A stretch of DNA of 64,000 bases from an uncultured Gammaproteobacteria bacterium (GCA_963830105.1 CAWHLH010000005.1:154226-218225), one strand, 5' to 3'. Shown: positions 20,119 through 30,546, counted from the stretch's first letter. The notes: generated by a model from the letters alone, not told the origin. A program made the numbers and translations.

Positions 20119-20481
20119 TCAGTTGATGGTCGGCTCGGACTGCAGCAGTTCGACGCTGGCGAGCACCAGTTCGTCTCCGCTGATCAGGCGGGTGTGAAAG
20201 TCGCCGCACGCGGCGCACACCAGCCGGTTGGGCGCGGCGTCGGTTTCAGCCGCACAGCTGTCGCAGCGTACCCGCACCGGCAGTTGCTCGATGACCAGTT
20301 CCGCGTCGTTGGCGACGGTGCCGGCGCACGCCAGCGGAAAAGCCTGTTGCAGCAGACGGGGTTCGATGCCGGAGAGCGGACCGACCCGCACGATGACCCG
20401 CTCGACCGACTGGGCCTGGTGCTCGGCGGCGATTGCCGTTACCTGTCGGAGCATGCTCTGACAGACCGACAGCTCATGCAT
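20119..20481 (-). CDS. hypA: Hydrogenase nickel insertion protein HypA
   Basis: It has an MHE start and a CxxC...CxxC zinc site. Confidence 0.85.
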   Translation of the reverse strand: MHELSVCQSMLRQVTAIAAEHQAQSVERVIVRVGPLSGIEPRLLQQAFPLACAGTVANDAELVIEQLPVRVRCDSCAAETDAAPNRLVCAACGDFHTRLISGDELVLASVELLQSEPTIN

Positions 20482-20716
20482 TGCCGGCTTCGCCTACGGT
20501 TGCCAGCATTTGGTCGTAGAGCTCCCAGGCCGAACGCGCTTCCTGAGCGGTGAGCTTCTGAATGGCGTAGCCCACGTGAACCATCACGAAATCGCCCTGC
20601 GCGACGGTCTGGTCCTGGAGCAGGAACAGACTGACGTCGCGTTGCACACCCTTGGCTTCGCAATGGGCTATGAATCCATCGACTGCGTTCACCTGCATGG
20701 GTATGGCGAGACACAT
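20474..20716 (-). CDS. hypC: Hydrogenase assembly chaperone HypC
   Basis: The real start is the MCLAIP motif. Confidence 0.8.
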   Translation of the reverse strand: MCLAIPMQVNAVDGFIAHCEAKGVQRDVSLFLLQDQTVAQGDFVMVHVGYAIQKLTAQEARSAWELYDQMLATVGEAGNA

Positions 20717-21234
20717 TCGCGGGGGATCTCCTGTCAATGGGTAGGCGCAATACGCCCAAGTTCAGTATAGGGCCATTTCAGCGCCTGACCACCGGTTTGT
20801 CCATACCGGGTCATCCAGAATCGGGGGGGAAATTGACATGGATCAGTGTCGGTGCGGGGTGAGCGTGTATGGTGATTTCACAAATGAACCACTATTGGCA
20901 TCGCCGTGAAGAGCAACAAAAAAGCACAACACGCGTGCGGCAGTTCCAGCCCCATCTTCTGCGTGCGTCGGTACTCCCCGCTGCCGCGCGCTTCAGCCGT
21001 TGTGTCCTGCACAGAGCGCCGCCCGACGGCGCCCCATGGGGTCGGGCGTGGGTCAGCACCCTTGCGCCAGCACCGTGGGGAACCAACGATCGTGCGGTGC
21101 GGTCGGGCGCGCGTGAGTACATCAGCAGATAAGCATGTATGGATGAACTCGCCGGGTTTGAGGTTCGGCCATTGAACGGTATCGATACAGTGACAGACGA
21201 GGCGACATCCCAAGAGCCCGCGACCAGCGATCGG

Positions 21235-21693
21235 ATGGTGGTGCTGGGTTTGGGCAATACCCTGCTGAGCGATGAAGGCGTCGGGGTGCATATCATCGAT
21301 TATCTTCGCCGTCAGGCGCCACTGCATGGCGTCGACTACATTGATGGCGGGACCCTGAGCTTTACGCTCGCCGGACCCATCGAGTCCACGGACACGCTGA
21401 TCGTCGTCGACGCCAGCGAGCTGCAGGCGGCGCCTGGCACGGTACGCTGCTTCCAAGGCGAGGAGATGGACGGATTTCTGGGCAGCAATCGCAAACGCAG
21501 TGTCCACGAGGTCAGTCTGCTCGACCTGCTGGCCATCGCGCACCTGGCGGGCCACCTGCCCGCGCGCCGGGCATTGGTTGGAATCCAGCCGGCCAGTACG
21601 GACTGGGGCGACGCGCCCACCGAGGCGGTCGCCGAGGCGATACCGCGTGCCGCGGAACTGGTGCGGGAGCTGATCGAGGAGTGGCGGCAATGA
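21235..21693 (+). CDS. [NiFe]-hydrogenase maturation endopeptidase (HyaD/HupD family) for the hyn enzyme
   Basis: It starts MVVLGLGNTLLSDEGVGVH, typical of HupD/HyaD. An alternative upstream ATG at 21139 is possible. Confidence 0.7.
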   Translation: MVVLGLGNTLLSDEGVGVHIIDYLRRQAPLHGVDYIDGGTLSFTLAGPIESTDTLIVVDASELQAAPGTVRCFQGEEMDGFLGSNRKRSVHEVSLLDLLAIAHLAGHLPARRALVGIQPASTDWGDAPTEAVAEAIPRAAELVRELIEEWRQ

Positions 21694-22115
21694 ACGGTTT
21701 GGACGGTATCGGTGTGCAGGTGGTAACCCGCGACGCGGATGACGCCAGTGAGGCCAACGCCTGGGCGCTGCTGCACGAGCTGGACGGCATGCTGGATGCA
21801 TTGCTGCAGGACGGCGAGGAGAGCAGCATCGACCTGCGCAGCATTCCCATGACGACGGCCGATCGGGAGGTACTGGCAAGAGTGCTGGGCGAAGGGGAGC
21901 TGAACGCCAGCATCGATGCCCTCGGTCCCAGTCGGGTGCGGGAGACCGGCATCCATGGCGTCTGGTGGGTGACGCACCACAACACCGATGACGCCGTCAT
22001 CGCTGAATTCCTGGAAGTCTCTTTCTGCCCCGACATTCTGCGCAGCCACATCGACGACGTGCGGGACACGCTCGAAAGTCTGCGCACGCAACTGGTACAA
22101 CACAGGGAATCCTGA
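21681..22115 (+). CDS. Putative hydrogenase expression/formation accessory protein (HupH/HyaF-like domain?)
   Basis: 144 aa, overlapping the protease stop. It carries a GVWWV block reminiscent of the HupH C-domain. The family call is tentative. Confidence 0.4.
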   Translation: MAAMNGLDGIGVQVVTRDADDASEANAWALLHELDGMLDALLQDGEESSIDLRSIPMTTADREVLARVLGEGELNASIDALGPSRVRETGIHGVWWVTHHNTDDAVIAEFLEVSFCPDILRSHIDDVRDTLESLRTQLVQHRES

Positions 22116-22140
22116 TAACGGCACTTTGGGAGGTGATCGC

Positions 22141-23205
22141 ATGGCAAAATCAGAAACGGTAGGCGAGCATCTGCGTCGCCATGGCGTCAGTCGACGGGCG
22201 TTCCTCAAGTTCTGTGCCGCGACGGCTTCCATGATGGCTCTGCCGCCCGGAGCGGCCACCGCCATTGCCGAGACCCTTGCCAAGCAGCGCCGGCCGAACG
22301 TCATATGGTTGTCGTTCCAGGAGTGCACCGGCTGCACCGAATCGCTGACCCGCTCCTATGCGCCCACCATCGAGAAGCTGATCTTCGACGTCATCTCGCT
22401 GGACTACCACGAGACCTTGATGGCGGCTTCCGGCGAGGCTGCGGAGGCTGCGCGGCAAGCCATCATCAAGGACAATCCCGGCAAGTACGTGGTCATGATC
22501 GACGGTTCAGTACCGGTGGAGGGAGGCTTTGGCACCATAGGCGGCAAGAGCATGCTCGATATCTGCAAGCATACGGTGGAGAACGCCGCGGCGGTCGTGT
22601 GTGTCGGGACCTGCTCGTCCTTCGGCGGCATCCCGTACGCCAACCCCAATCCCACCGGCGCCAAGAGCATTTCCATGCTGATGGACGAAGGTCTGGTCCC
22701 GCGCAAGCCGCTGATCAACGTCTCGGGCTGCCCACCCATTCCGGTGGTCATCACCGGCGTGGTGGTCCACTACCTGTCCTATGGCGTGCCGGAGTTGGAC
22801 CATGTGGGACGCCCCAAGGCGTTCTTCGGGCAGACCATCCACGACCGCTGCTACCGGCGCCCGTTCTACGACCAGGGCAAGTTCGCCAAGACTTTCGACG
22901 ACGAAGGGGCCCGCAACGGGTGGTGCCTGTTCGAACTGGGCTGCAAGGGGCCCACCACCTACAATTCGTGCGCCACCACCAAATGGAACGACGGTACCAG
23001 CTTCCCGATCGAGTCCGGGCACGGCTGCCTGGGCTGCTCGGAACCGAACTTCTGGGACAAGGGCAGCTTCTACGCGCCGCTGGCCAGCAGTGAGTCGGGG
23101 GGAGTGGTCGGGCTGGGCGCGGCTGCGGTCGCCGGGGTGGCGGTGGGCGTCGGCGCTGCCATCGTGTCCCGCAACCATCAGAAGAAGCTCACGGAGGGCA
23201 AATAA
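22141..23205 (+). CDS. hynS: [NiFe]-hydrogenase small subunit with a Tat signal (Isp-type, group 1e)
   Basis: It has the RRAFLKF twin-arginine motif and the IWLSFQECTGCTES and GTCSSFGG cluster motifs. Confidence 0.9.
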   Translation: MAKSETVGEHLRRHGVSRRAFLKFCAATASMMALPPGAATAIAETLAKQRRPNVIWLSFQECTGCTESLTRSYAPTIEKLIFDVISLDYHETLMAASGEAAEAARQAIIKDNPGKYVVMIDGSVPVEGGFGTIGGKSMLDICKHTVENAAAVVCVGTCSSFGGIPYANPNPTGAKSISMLMDEGLVPRKPLINVSGCPPIPVVITGVVVHYLSYGVPELDHVGRPKAFFGQTIHDRCYRRPFYDQGKFAKTFDDEGARNGWCLFELGCKGPTTYNSCATTKWNDGTSFPIESGHGCLGCSEPNFWDKGSFYAPLASSESGGVVGLGAAAVAGVAVGVGAAIVSRNHQKKLTEGK

Positions 23206-23207
23206 CC

Positions 23208-23867
23208 ATGACTGTGCTCGACTTCGCGCGTGGCCCGGGACTGCAGTGGTCCCTGGTGATCTTCGTCGTTGGGGTGCTGTGGCGCCTCACGGGAATCTTC
23301 TTTCTGAAGCACAAGCGCGACCTGAACGAACCGCGCCACGGCGGGCTGGCGCCCTGGCTGGGCGGTCTGAAGGTGGTGTTCACCCGGATGTGGCCGCGCA
23401 GGGAATTCCGCGCCCGCACGGCGTACAGCGAGACGCTGGGCTACGTGTTCCACTTCGGGTTGGCCATCGTGGTGTTCGGCGGGGCATTCCACATCACGTT
23501 CATCAAGAGCCTGTTCGGGGTGAGCTGGGGAAACCTGCCAAACTCCGTGATCTACTTCACCGCGGTGATCACGCTGGCCACCATGGTGGCGTTGCTGATA
23601 CGGCGCATGACCCATCCGGTGTTGAGGGTGCTGTCGAACTTCGATGACTATTTGAGCTGGGCCGTGGCGGCCGCGCCGCTGGTGACCGGGATGATGGCGA
23701 CCGCCCACCTGGGTGGGCCTTACGAGACCCTGCTTGGGGTGCATATTCTGAGCTTCGAGGTGCTGCTGGTCTGGTTCCCGTTCGGCAAGCTGATGCATGC
23801 GTTCCTGTTCGCGCCGTCGCGGGCGGCGACCGGTTATGTGTTCACGCGCAAGGGGGCTTCCACATGA
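23208..23867 (+). CDS. isp1: Isp1: membrane-bound b-type cytochrome (NarI/DsrM-like) of the Hyn hydrogenase
   Basis: 219 aa with about 5 TM helices and conserved His residues. It sits between hynS and isp2, as in Thiocapsa/Allochromatium hyn. Confidence 0.7.
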   Translation: MTVLDFARGPGLQWSLVIFVVGVLWRLTGIFFLKHKRDLNEPRHGGLAPWLGGLKVVFTRMWPRREFRARTAYSETLGYVFHFGLAIVVFGGAFHITFIKSLFGVSWGNLPNSVIYFTAVITLATMVALLIRRMTHPVLRVLSNFDDYLSWAVAAAPLVTGMMATAHLGGPYETLLGVHILSFEVLLVWFPFGKLMHAFLFAPSRAATGYVFTRKGAST

Positions 23868-25219
23868 GCGCCGACAATCAGTCCACCATCGATCTCAAAC
23901 TGCCGGGGTTCAGCGTCGACAAGCCCGAGGTGCGCTACGATCAGCAGGGCGACATGAGCGATGAGCAGCGTGTGTCCCAGGCGATGCGCAATTTCGCCAA
24001 GGACTTCGGTTACGTCGCCTCCGTTCACATGGATTCCTGCGTGCACTGCGGCATGTGTGCCGAGGCCTGTCATTTCTATGTGACGACCGGGGATCCCAAA
24101 TACACCCCGATCTGGAAGATCGAACCGTTCAAGCAGGTGTACAAACGCGAGGCCGGTCCGTTCGCCTTCTTCTACCGGTTGTTGAACCTCAAACCGGCGC
24201 TGACGGTGGATCGGCTGCGGCAGTGGCAGGAACTGATCTACGACTCCTGCACGGTGTGCGGTCGCTGCAGCATGATATGCCCCATGGGCATCGATATCGC
24301 GGGGCTGGTAAGTCAGGCTCGGCACGCGATGTTCAAGGCCGGTCTGGTTCCCCACGAACTGCACGCGGTGGCCGAGCGCGCCGAAACGGAAGGCAGCCCC
24401 CTGGGGGCGACGCCGAAGGTGTTCGCCGAGCGGGTCGAGTGGATGGGTGACGAGCACGATATCGAGATTCCCATGGACAAGGAGCAGGCCGACGTGCTGC
24501 TCACCATGTCGTCTATCGAAATCATGAAGTATCCGGAGGCGATTGCGGCCAGTGCCAAGGTGATGGCCCATCTGGGGATGTCGTACACGTTCAGCACCGA
24601 GGGCTACGAGGCGACCAACTTCGGGCTGCTGTCGGGGAATACGGACTGGCAGCGGGACATGAGCCTGAAACTGATCAATGCCGCCATTAAATGCAAGGCC
24701 AGGTATCTGATACTGCCCGAGTGCGGACATGCCTATACGGCTCTGCGCTGGGCGGGCGCCACCATGTACGGCAAGCCGCTGCCTTTCAAGGTCCGGCACA
24801 TCTCGGAGTTCCTCGCCGAGCAGGTCAGCAACGGCAAGCTCAAGCTCAGGGGCGACCTCAACAAATCGGTGACCTTTCACGACCCCTGCCAGGTGGTACG
24901 GCGCGGAGGGGCGATAGAAGGTCCGCGGACGGTGTTGAAGGCGCTTGGCGTCGATCTGCACGAGATGAAGGAAAACCGCGGCGCCAACTGGTGCTGCGGA
25001 GGCGGGGGCGGAGTGGTGACCATTCACCGCGCCGATGCAATCCGCTACAAGACATTCGAGATCAAGATGCGCCAAGTGGAGGATACCGGCGCGGAAATGC
25101 TGGTCACCAGTTGTTCGAACTGTCGCCAGACATTCGACGACGGACAAGCCCATTTCAACTGGGACAAGACCGCGCAGAGCATGCTCGAACTGGTCGCGGA
25201 AAACCTGGTGGAGGCATAG
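23864..25219 (+). CDS. isp2: Isp2: HdrD/DsrK-like Fe-S protein with CCG domains
   Basis: It has two 4Fe-4S motifs (CVHCGMCAEACHF and CTVCGRCSMICPMG) and the CCG signature NWCCGGGGG. Confidence 0.8.
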   Translation: MSADNQSTIDLKLPGFSVDKPEVRYDQQGDMSDEQRVSQAMRNFAKDFGYVASVHMDSCVHCGMCAEACHFYVTTGDPKYTPIWKIEPFKQVYKREAGPFAFFYRLLNLKPALTVDRLRQWQELIYDSCTVCGRCSMICPMGIDIAGLVSQARHAMFKAGLVPHELHAVAERAETEGSPLGATPKVFAERVEWMGDEHDIEIPMDKEQADVLLTMSSIEIMKYPEAIAASAKVMAHLGMSYTFSTEGYEATNFGLLSGNTDWQRDMSLKLINAAIKCKARYLILPECGHAYTALRWAGATMYGKPLPFKVRHISEFLAEQVSNGKLKLRGDLNKSVTFHDPCQVVRRGGAIEGPRTVLKALGVDLHEMKENRGANWCCGGGGGVVTIHRADAIRYKTFEIKMRQVEDTGAEMLVTSCSNCRQTFDDGQAHFNWDKTAQSMLELVAENLVEA

Positions 25220-25291
25220 CGATCCGATCGGCACGGTTCCCGCTGCCTGAATCGTCATCCGAAACACGTGAACAGCCTTAAGGAATAGCCG

Positions 25292-27049
25292 ATGAGCGCA
25301 AACAGAGTCGTGGTGGATCCCATTACCCGAATCGAGGGTCATCTTCGGATCGAAGCGGAGACCGACAGCTCGGGCAATATCACCCAGGCATCGAGTGCCG
25401 GGACCATGGTGCGGGGGATAGAAATCATCCTGCGCGGACGCGACCCCCGGGATGCATGGGCATTTGCCCAGCGCATCTGCGGCGTGTGCACCCTGGTCCA
25501 CGGCATGGCGTCGATACGCGCCGTGGAGAACGCTCTCGACTATCCCATCCCGCAGGATGCGCAGCTGATCCGCAATCTGATGATCGCCGCGCAATACGTA
25601 CACGACCACGTGATGCATTTCTATCACCTGCACGCCCTGGATTGGGTGAACGTACCCAATGCGCTGAAGGCGGATCCGAAGGCGACGTCCGAGCTGGCCC
25701 AGTCCATCAGCACCTACAGCCGCTCTTCGCCCGGCTATTTCTCCGACGTGAAGACCAAGCTGAAGACGTTCGTGGAGTCGGGGCAGCTGGGTATTTTCAC
25801 CAATGGGTATTGGGACAATCCGGCCTACAAGCTGCCCCCGGAGGCCAACCTGATGGCGGTTGCCCACTATCTTGACGCGCTCGAGTGGCAGCGCAGAGTG
25901 GTCAAGCTGCATACCATCTTTGGCGGCAAGAATCCCCATCCGAACTTCGTCGTCGGCGGGACCCCGGCAGCGATCAGCGTCCAGTCCCAGAGCGGCGGCG
26001 GGAGTTTCGGGGGCGGACGGGCGACCGCTATCGACACGGTGGGCCTGGAGGAGGTGAAGAATGTCATCGACGAGATGGTGAGCTTCGTCGATCAGGTCTA
26101 TGTGCCGGACACACTGGCGATCGCGAGCTTCTACAAGGATTGGTTCACCAAGGGCGAAGGAATCGGGAATTTCATGACCTACGGTGAGTTTCCGTCCAAG
26201 AGCATGGACGATCCGTCGAGCTTCCTGATACCCCCCGGGGTCATCCTGGACCGGGATCTGTCGAAGATCCACGAACTGGATCTCAATGCTCAGGACGAGA
26301 TCCAGGAATATGTGTCCCATTCCTGGTACGACTATTCGGTGGGCAAGGACAAGGGCCTGCATCCCTACGACGGCGAAACGAAGCTCGACTACACCGGCCC
26401 CAAACCACCCTACGATTATCTGGATGTGGAAAAGGACTATTCCTGGATGAAGTCGCCCCGCTGGAAGGGCAAGGTCGTGGAGGTCGGACCGCTCGCCCGG
26501 GTGCTGATGCTCTATGCGACCGGCCACAAGCAGACCCGCGAGTTGGCTCAGATGGCGCTCACCAAGCTCGACCTGCCGGTGCAGGCGCTGTATTCGACAC
26601 TGGGGCGCACGGCGGCGCGTACCCTCGAGACCAAGGTGATCGTCGATCAGATGAAAGGCTGGTACGATCAGCTGATGGCCAACATCAAGGCCGGCGACCT
26701 GCAGACGTTCAACGACAAGAAATGGGACCCCTCCACATGGCCCAAGACCGCAAAAGGGGTGGGTTTCATGGAAGCCCCGCGTGGCGCCCTGGCGCACTGG
26801 GTGGTCATCAAGGACGGCAAGATAGACAACTACCAGGCGGTGGTGCCCAGCACGTGGAATGCGGGGCCGCGCGATGCCCAGGGGCAGGATGGACCGTACG
26901 AGGCCAGCCTCAAGGGTACCAACCTGTACAATCCCAAGGAACCGGTGGAAATCCTGCGTACCATCCACAGTTTTGATCCGTGCATTGCCTGTGCCGTTCA
27001 CGTGACCGATCCGGACGGCGAGGAGTTGGTGCAGGTGAAGGTGCGGTGA
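25292..27049 (+). CDS. hynL: [NiFe]-hydrogenase large subunit (Isp-type, group 1e)
   Basis: It has the RICGVCTLVH and C-terminal DPCIACAVH Ni-Fe ligand motifs. Confidence 0.9.
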   Translation: MSANRVVVDPITRIEGHLRIEAETDSSGNITQASSAGTMVRGIEIILRGRDPRDAWAFAQRICGVCTLVHGMASIRAVENALDYPIPQDAQLIRNLMIAAQYVHDHVMHFYHLHALDWVNVPNALKADPKATSELAQSISTYSRSSPGYFSDVKTKLKTFVESGQLGIFTNGYWDNPAYKLPPEANLMAVAHYLDALEWQRRVVKLHTIFGGKNPHPNFVVGGTPAAISVQSQSGGGSFGGGRATAIDTVGLEEVKNVIDEMVSFVDQVYVPDTLAIASFYKDWFTKGEGIGNFMTYGEFPSKSMDDPSSFLIPPGVILDRDLSKIHELDLNAQDEIQEYVSHSWYDYSVGKDKGLHPYDGETKLDYTGPKPPYDYLDVEKDYSWMKSPRWKGKVVEVGPLARVLMLYATGHKQTRELAQMALTKLDLPVQALYSTLGRTAARTLETKVIVDQMKGWYDQLMANIKAGDLQTFNDKKWDPSTWPKTAKGVGFMEAPRGALAHWVVIKDGKIDNYQAVVPSTWNAGPRDAQGQDGPYEASLKGTNLYNPKEPVEILRTIHSFDPCIACAVHVTDPDGEELVQVKVR

Positions 27050-27145
27050 CCGGAACCGGGGGCCCCGTCGGGGGTGCCCGGGGCCTGCGGGGCCGGGCTG
27101 ACGGCGGTGGCCCCGGCTCCCTGACGGCTTTTGGTGGCTGTTTTC

Positions 27146-27169
27146 CACGCGCGCTCCGGCGCGCGTTTT
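27146..27169 (+). terminator. Putative rho-independent terminator downstream of hynL
   Basis: The stem cacgcgcgc / tccg loop / gcgcgcg is followed by TTTT. Confidence 0.45.
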
Positions 27170-27338
27170 CGTGCGCTGCCGCGCAATCGGCAGTGCACGC
27201 CCCGTGGTAGTGCAGTGGCTGACAATCTCCCACGCGTGCCTGCTATTCTACTGAAATCCCCGGCCGACCCTGGTCTGATTGCCGAGGCGATCCGGATCGC
27301 AAGTCGACGCGGGGACTGACAAAGAAGCGATGTAGCCA

Positions 27339-29783
27339 ATGACCCAGAAGTGCCGACTCAATATCGATCAACTGTTCCGGCCCTGTGATCCCCGGCAGTT
27401 CCACTTCGAGACCACCGCCGAGCTCGAGCCTTATGTCGGGATGATCGGCCAGGATCGCGCCCTGGAAGCCTTGCGCTTCGGCGTCGGCATCCGTCGGGAG
27501 GGCTACAATCTGTACGTCCTGGGTCCCCCGGGCGCCGGCAAACACACCGCGGTGCTGGATTTTCTCACCCCGCACGCGCATAGCGAACCGGTGGGCAGCG
27601 ACTGGTGCTATGTGAACAATTTCCAGGACGGGCAGCGTCCCAAGCTGCTGCGCCTGCCGGCCGGTCGCGGCGAGGCGCTGCGCCGAGGCCTCACGCAGTG
27701 GGCCGAGGACCTGGGAAGCGCTCTTCCTGCGGCCTTCGAGAGCGAGGAATACCAGACCCGTTTGCAGGAGTTGCAGGAGGACATGAAAGAGCGTCAGGCT
27801 CAGGCCCTGCAGGTAGTTCGGGAACGGGCCGAGCAGCTCAACGTCGTGCTCCTGCATACTCCCGGAGGGTTCGCGTTCGCACCCGCCCGCAAAGGCGAGG
27901 TGTTGGGTCCCGACGAGTTCGAAAAGCTGCCCGAGGAGGAACGCAAGGCCGTTGAGCGGGACGTGCAGGCGCTGCAGGAACAGCTCAAGAAAGTGCTGCA
28001 GCAGTTTCCCCAGTGGCAGCGCGAAACCCGACGCGGCATCAAAGCGCTGAATCGGGATGTGACGCTATTTGCAGTCGGACATCTGATCGATGAATTGCGC
28101 CATGAGTTCGACGATCTGCCCGCCGTGCGCGAGTACCTGGACGCCGTGCAGCAGGACATCGTGGACAATGCCGACAATCTGCGCCGGGCAGCCGACAGCC
28201 TGGCGGAAAACCCCAATATCGCCGAGTTCGACGGTCAGTTCGCGCGCCGTTATCAGGTCAACCTGCTGGTCGGGCAAGGCGATGTCGGGGGTGCGCCGGT
28301 GGTGTATCAGGACCATCCCACCTATGACAATCTGGTGGGGCGGGTGGAACACATGGCCCAGATGGGCACCCTGCTCACCGATTTTACGCTCATAAAGGCG
28401 GGTGCCCTGCACCGGGCGAACGGCGGATACCTGATTCTGGATGCTGACAAGGTACTCACGCAGCCCTACGCGTGGGAGGGCCTGAAGCGGGCGATAAAGT
28501 CCGGTGAAGTGTGCATAGAATCGCTCGGGCAGGCCCTCGGCCTGATCAGCACCATCTCGCTGGAACCGGAACCCGTGCCGCTGAACCTGAAGGTGGTTCT
28601 GATCGGCGATCGGATGCTCTATTACCTGCTCTCCGAACTCGATCCCGAGTTCAAGCAGCTGTTCAAGGTCGAGGCGGATTTCAACGACCACATGGTTCGC
28701 GACGAGCCCGGGCACGCACTGTACGCACAGCTCATCGCAACTGTCGCGCAACGGGAAGGTCTGGCCCCTCTGGGGCGTGGCGCCGTTGCGCGGGTGGTGG
28801 AGCACAGCGCCCGGCTGGCCGAGGATGCGCAGCACCTGTCCACGGATTTGCGCAGTATGGCCAATCTGCTGTGTGAGGCCGACTACTGGGCGCGGGAAAG
28901 GGGCGCCGAGGTGGTGGAGGGGCCCGACGTCGAGCAGGCGATAGAAGCCCAGATCCGACGTCGGGACCGCATCCGCGAGCACCTTCAGGACGAGGTCCTG
29001 CGCGGTACGGTGCTCATCGACAGCGAGGGCGAAGCGGTCGCCCAGGTCAATGCCCTGTCGGTCATCGAGCTGGGCGGGTTCATGTTCGGTGTCCCGAGCC
29101 GGGTAACCGCCACCGCGCGCCTGGGCGAAGGTGAAGTGGTGGACATCGAGCGGGAGGTGGAGCTGGGCGGCGCTTTGCATTCGAAGGGCGTGCTGATTCT
29201 GTCGCATTTCCTGGCCGCCCGCTATTCGGCGGACCGTCCCTTGTCGTTATCCGCCAGCGTGGTTTTCGAACAGAACTACGGTCAGATCGAGGGAGACAGC
29301 GCGTCGCTGGCCGAACTCTGCGCGTTGCTCTCGGCGTTGGCGCGACTGCCCATCCGCCAGTCTGTTGCGGTGACGGGGTCGGTGAACCAGCTCGGTCAGG
29401 TGCAGGCCATCGGCGGGGTTAACGCAAAGATCGAGGGTTTCTTCGATATCTGTCGGGCGCGTGGGCTGACGGGTGACCAGGGGGTGGTGATTCCCGCTTC
29501 GAACGTGATTCATCTGATGCTGCGCCAGGACGTCCTGGAGGCGGTTCAGGCGCGCCGGTTCCATGTCTATGGGGTGGACACTGTGGATCTGGCACTGGAG
29601 TTGCTTACCCGAGTGGAAGCCGGTGAGCGGCGCGAGGACGGGAGTTTTCCGGAGGGGACGGTGAATCGGCGCATCGAGGCGCGTCTCAATGAACTCGCCG
29701 GGCTGCGCCAGGTGCACAGCGACAGATCCCAGGAAAGTCATGACTGCGAAGGGGACGCCGAGGAAGGTGTGCATGGCGACTGA
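27339..29783 (+). CDS. Lon-like ATP-dependent protease with an N-terminal AAA+ domain (AsrA-like, S16 family)
   Basis: 814 aa. It has a Walker A motif (GPPGAGKHT) and a C-terminal Lon proteolytic domain (EGDSASLAELCALLSAL) with a catalytic Ser and a downstream Lys (GGVNAKIEGF). Confidence 0.75.
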   Translation: MTQKCRLNIDQLFRPCDPRQFHFETTAELEPYVGMIGQDRALEALRFGVGIRREGYNLYVLGPPGAGKHTAVLDFLTPHAHSEPVGSDWCYVNNFQDGQRPKLLRLPAGRGEALRRGLTQWAEDLGSALPAAFESEEYQTRLQELQEDMKERQAQALQVVRERAEQLNVVLLHTPGGFAFAPARKGEVLGPDEFEKLPEEERKAVERDVQALQEQLKKVLQQFPQWQRETRRGIKALNRDVTLFAVGHLIDELRHEFDDLPAVREYLDAVQQDIVDNADNLRRAADSLAENPNIAEFDGQFARRYQVNLLVGQGDVGGAPVVYQDHPTYDNLVGRVEHMAQMGTLLTDFTLIKAGALHRANGGYLILDADKVLTQPYAWEGLKRAIKSGEVCIESLGQALGLISTISLEPEPVPLNLKVVLIGDRMLYYLLSELDPEFKQLFKVEADFNDHMVRDEPGHALYAQLIATVAQREGLAPLGRGAVARVVEHSARLAEDAQHLSTDLRSMANLLCEADYWARERGAEVVEGPDVEQAIEAQIRRRDRIREHLQDEVLRGTVLIDSEGEAVAQVNALSVIELGGFMFGVPSRVTATARLGEGEVVDIEREVELGGALHSKGVLILSHFLAARYSADRPLSLSASVVFEQNYGQIEGDSASLAELCALLSALARLPIRQSVAVTGSVNQLGQVQAIGGVNAKIEGFFDICRARGLTGDQGVVIPASNVIHLMLRQDVLEAVQARRFHVYGVDTVDLALELLTRVEAGERREDGSFPEGTVNRRIEARLNELAGLRQVHSDRSQESHDCEGDAEEGVHGD

Positions 29784-30546
29784 GGCGACCGGCGGACGGC
29801 ATTTTGAACGGCTGGTGCTTGCCCTGGACAGCTCCGGCGAAGACGGGCAGCGGCTGCATGCGGCCGCCCGGCTTGCGGCGCGCCTCGACCTGGAACTGAG
29901 TGGCCTGTTCGTGGAGGACATCGCGCTGCATCGGCTTGCCGGCCTGCCGATTGCGAGCGAAGTGAGCCTGCTGGCGGCGCAGACTCGGGCGTTCGCGGCT
30001 GCGCAGCTGGAACGGGGGTTACGCCGTCAGGCCGCCCGGCTGGAGGCGGCTCTCAGGGCGGCAGCGCAGGCGGTCGGCGTTCCGTGCTCCTTCCAGGCGC
30101 TGTGTGGACAGCCCATACGCGGTGTGCTGACAGCGGCGACCGCAGGTGACCTGGTGTTGGTCGCTGCCAGTGCCCGGTACCGGTCAGGCGGTCCCCCACG
30201 GGTGCCCGGCCCGGTGATGGTGGTGTTCGATGGTGCGAGTGTCGGCACGCAGGTGCTGACGCTCGCCGGACGTCTGGCGCGGCTTGACGGTCGCCGCCTG
30301 CAGGTGCTGCTCGTCGGCACGGAGTCGCAGACGGTGCGGCTGCGCGAGCAGGCCCAGGGCGAGCTTGCGTCAACGATGGGGACGCAGGTCAACTATGCCG
30401 GCATTGGCAGCGGGGCGTGGCCGGACGTGCTGGACGCGGCGTCACGGCTGGGGGCGGAATTGCTGGTGACCGACTTGCAACGAATGGCGGCGGCCGACCC
30501 ACGAACGCTGCAGCACTCGGCCTGTACCATCGTTGTGGTGCGGTGA
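29773..30546 (+). CDS. Universal stress protein (UspA)-like tandem-domain protein, translationally coupled to the Lon-like protease
   Basis: The ATG overlaps the protease stop (ATGGCGACTGA). It shows an alpha/beta USP-like pattern (LVLALDSSGED..., VMVVFDGASVG..., ...CTIVVVR). The family call is tentative. Confidence 0.4.
   Translation: MATEATGGRHFERLVLALDSSGEDGQRLHAAARLAARLDLELSGLFVEDIALHRLAGLPIASEVSLLAAQTRAFAAAQLERGLRRQAARLEAALRAAAQAVGVPCSFQALCGQPIRGVLTAATAGDLVLVAASARYRSGGPPRVPGPVMVVFDGASVGTQVLTLAGRLARLDGRRLQVLLVGTESQTVRLREQAQGELASTMGTQVNYAGIGSGAWPDVLDAASRLGAELLVTDLQRMAAADPRTLQHSACTIVVVR

Noticed and set aside
20738-21138. A sigma54 promoter (TGGCAC-N5-TTGC) in the divergent hyp/hyn control region
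   Set aside because: I found only partial matches (e.g. TGGCATcgccGTGAAG) and cannot support a call by eye.
23834-27148. 1104-aa minus-strand ORF
   Set aside because: It lies entirely antisense to isp2 and hynL, which have unambiguous catalytic motifs. It is an artefact of 65% GC.
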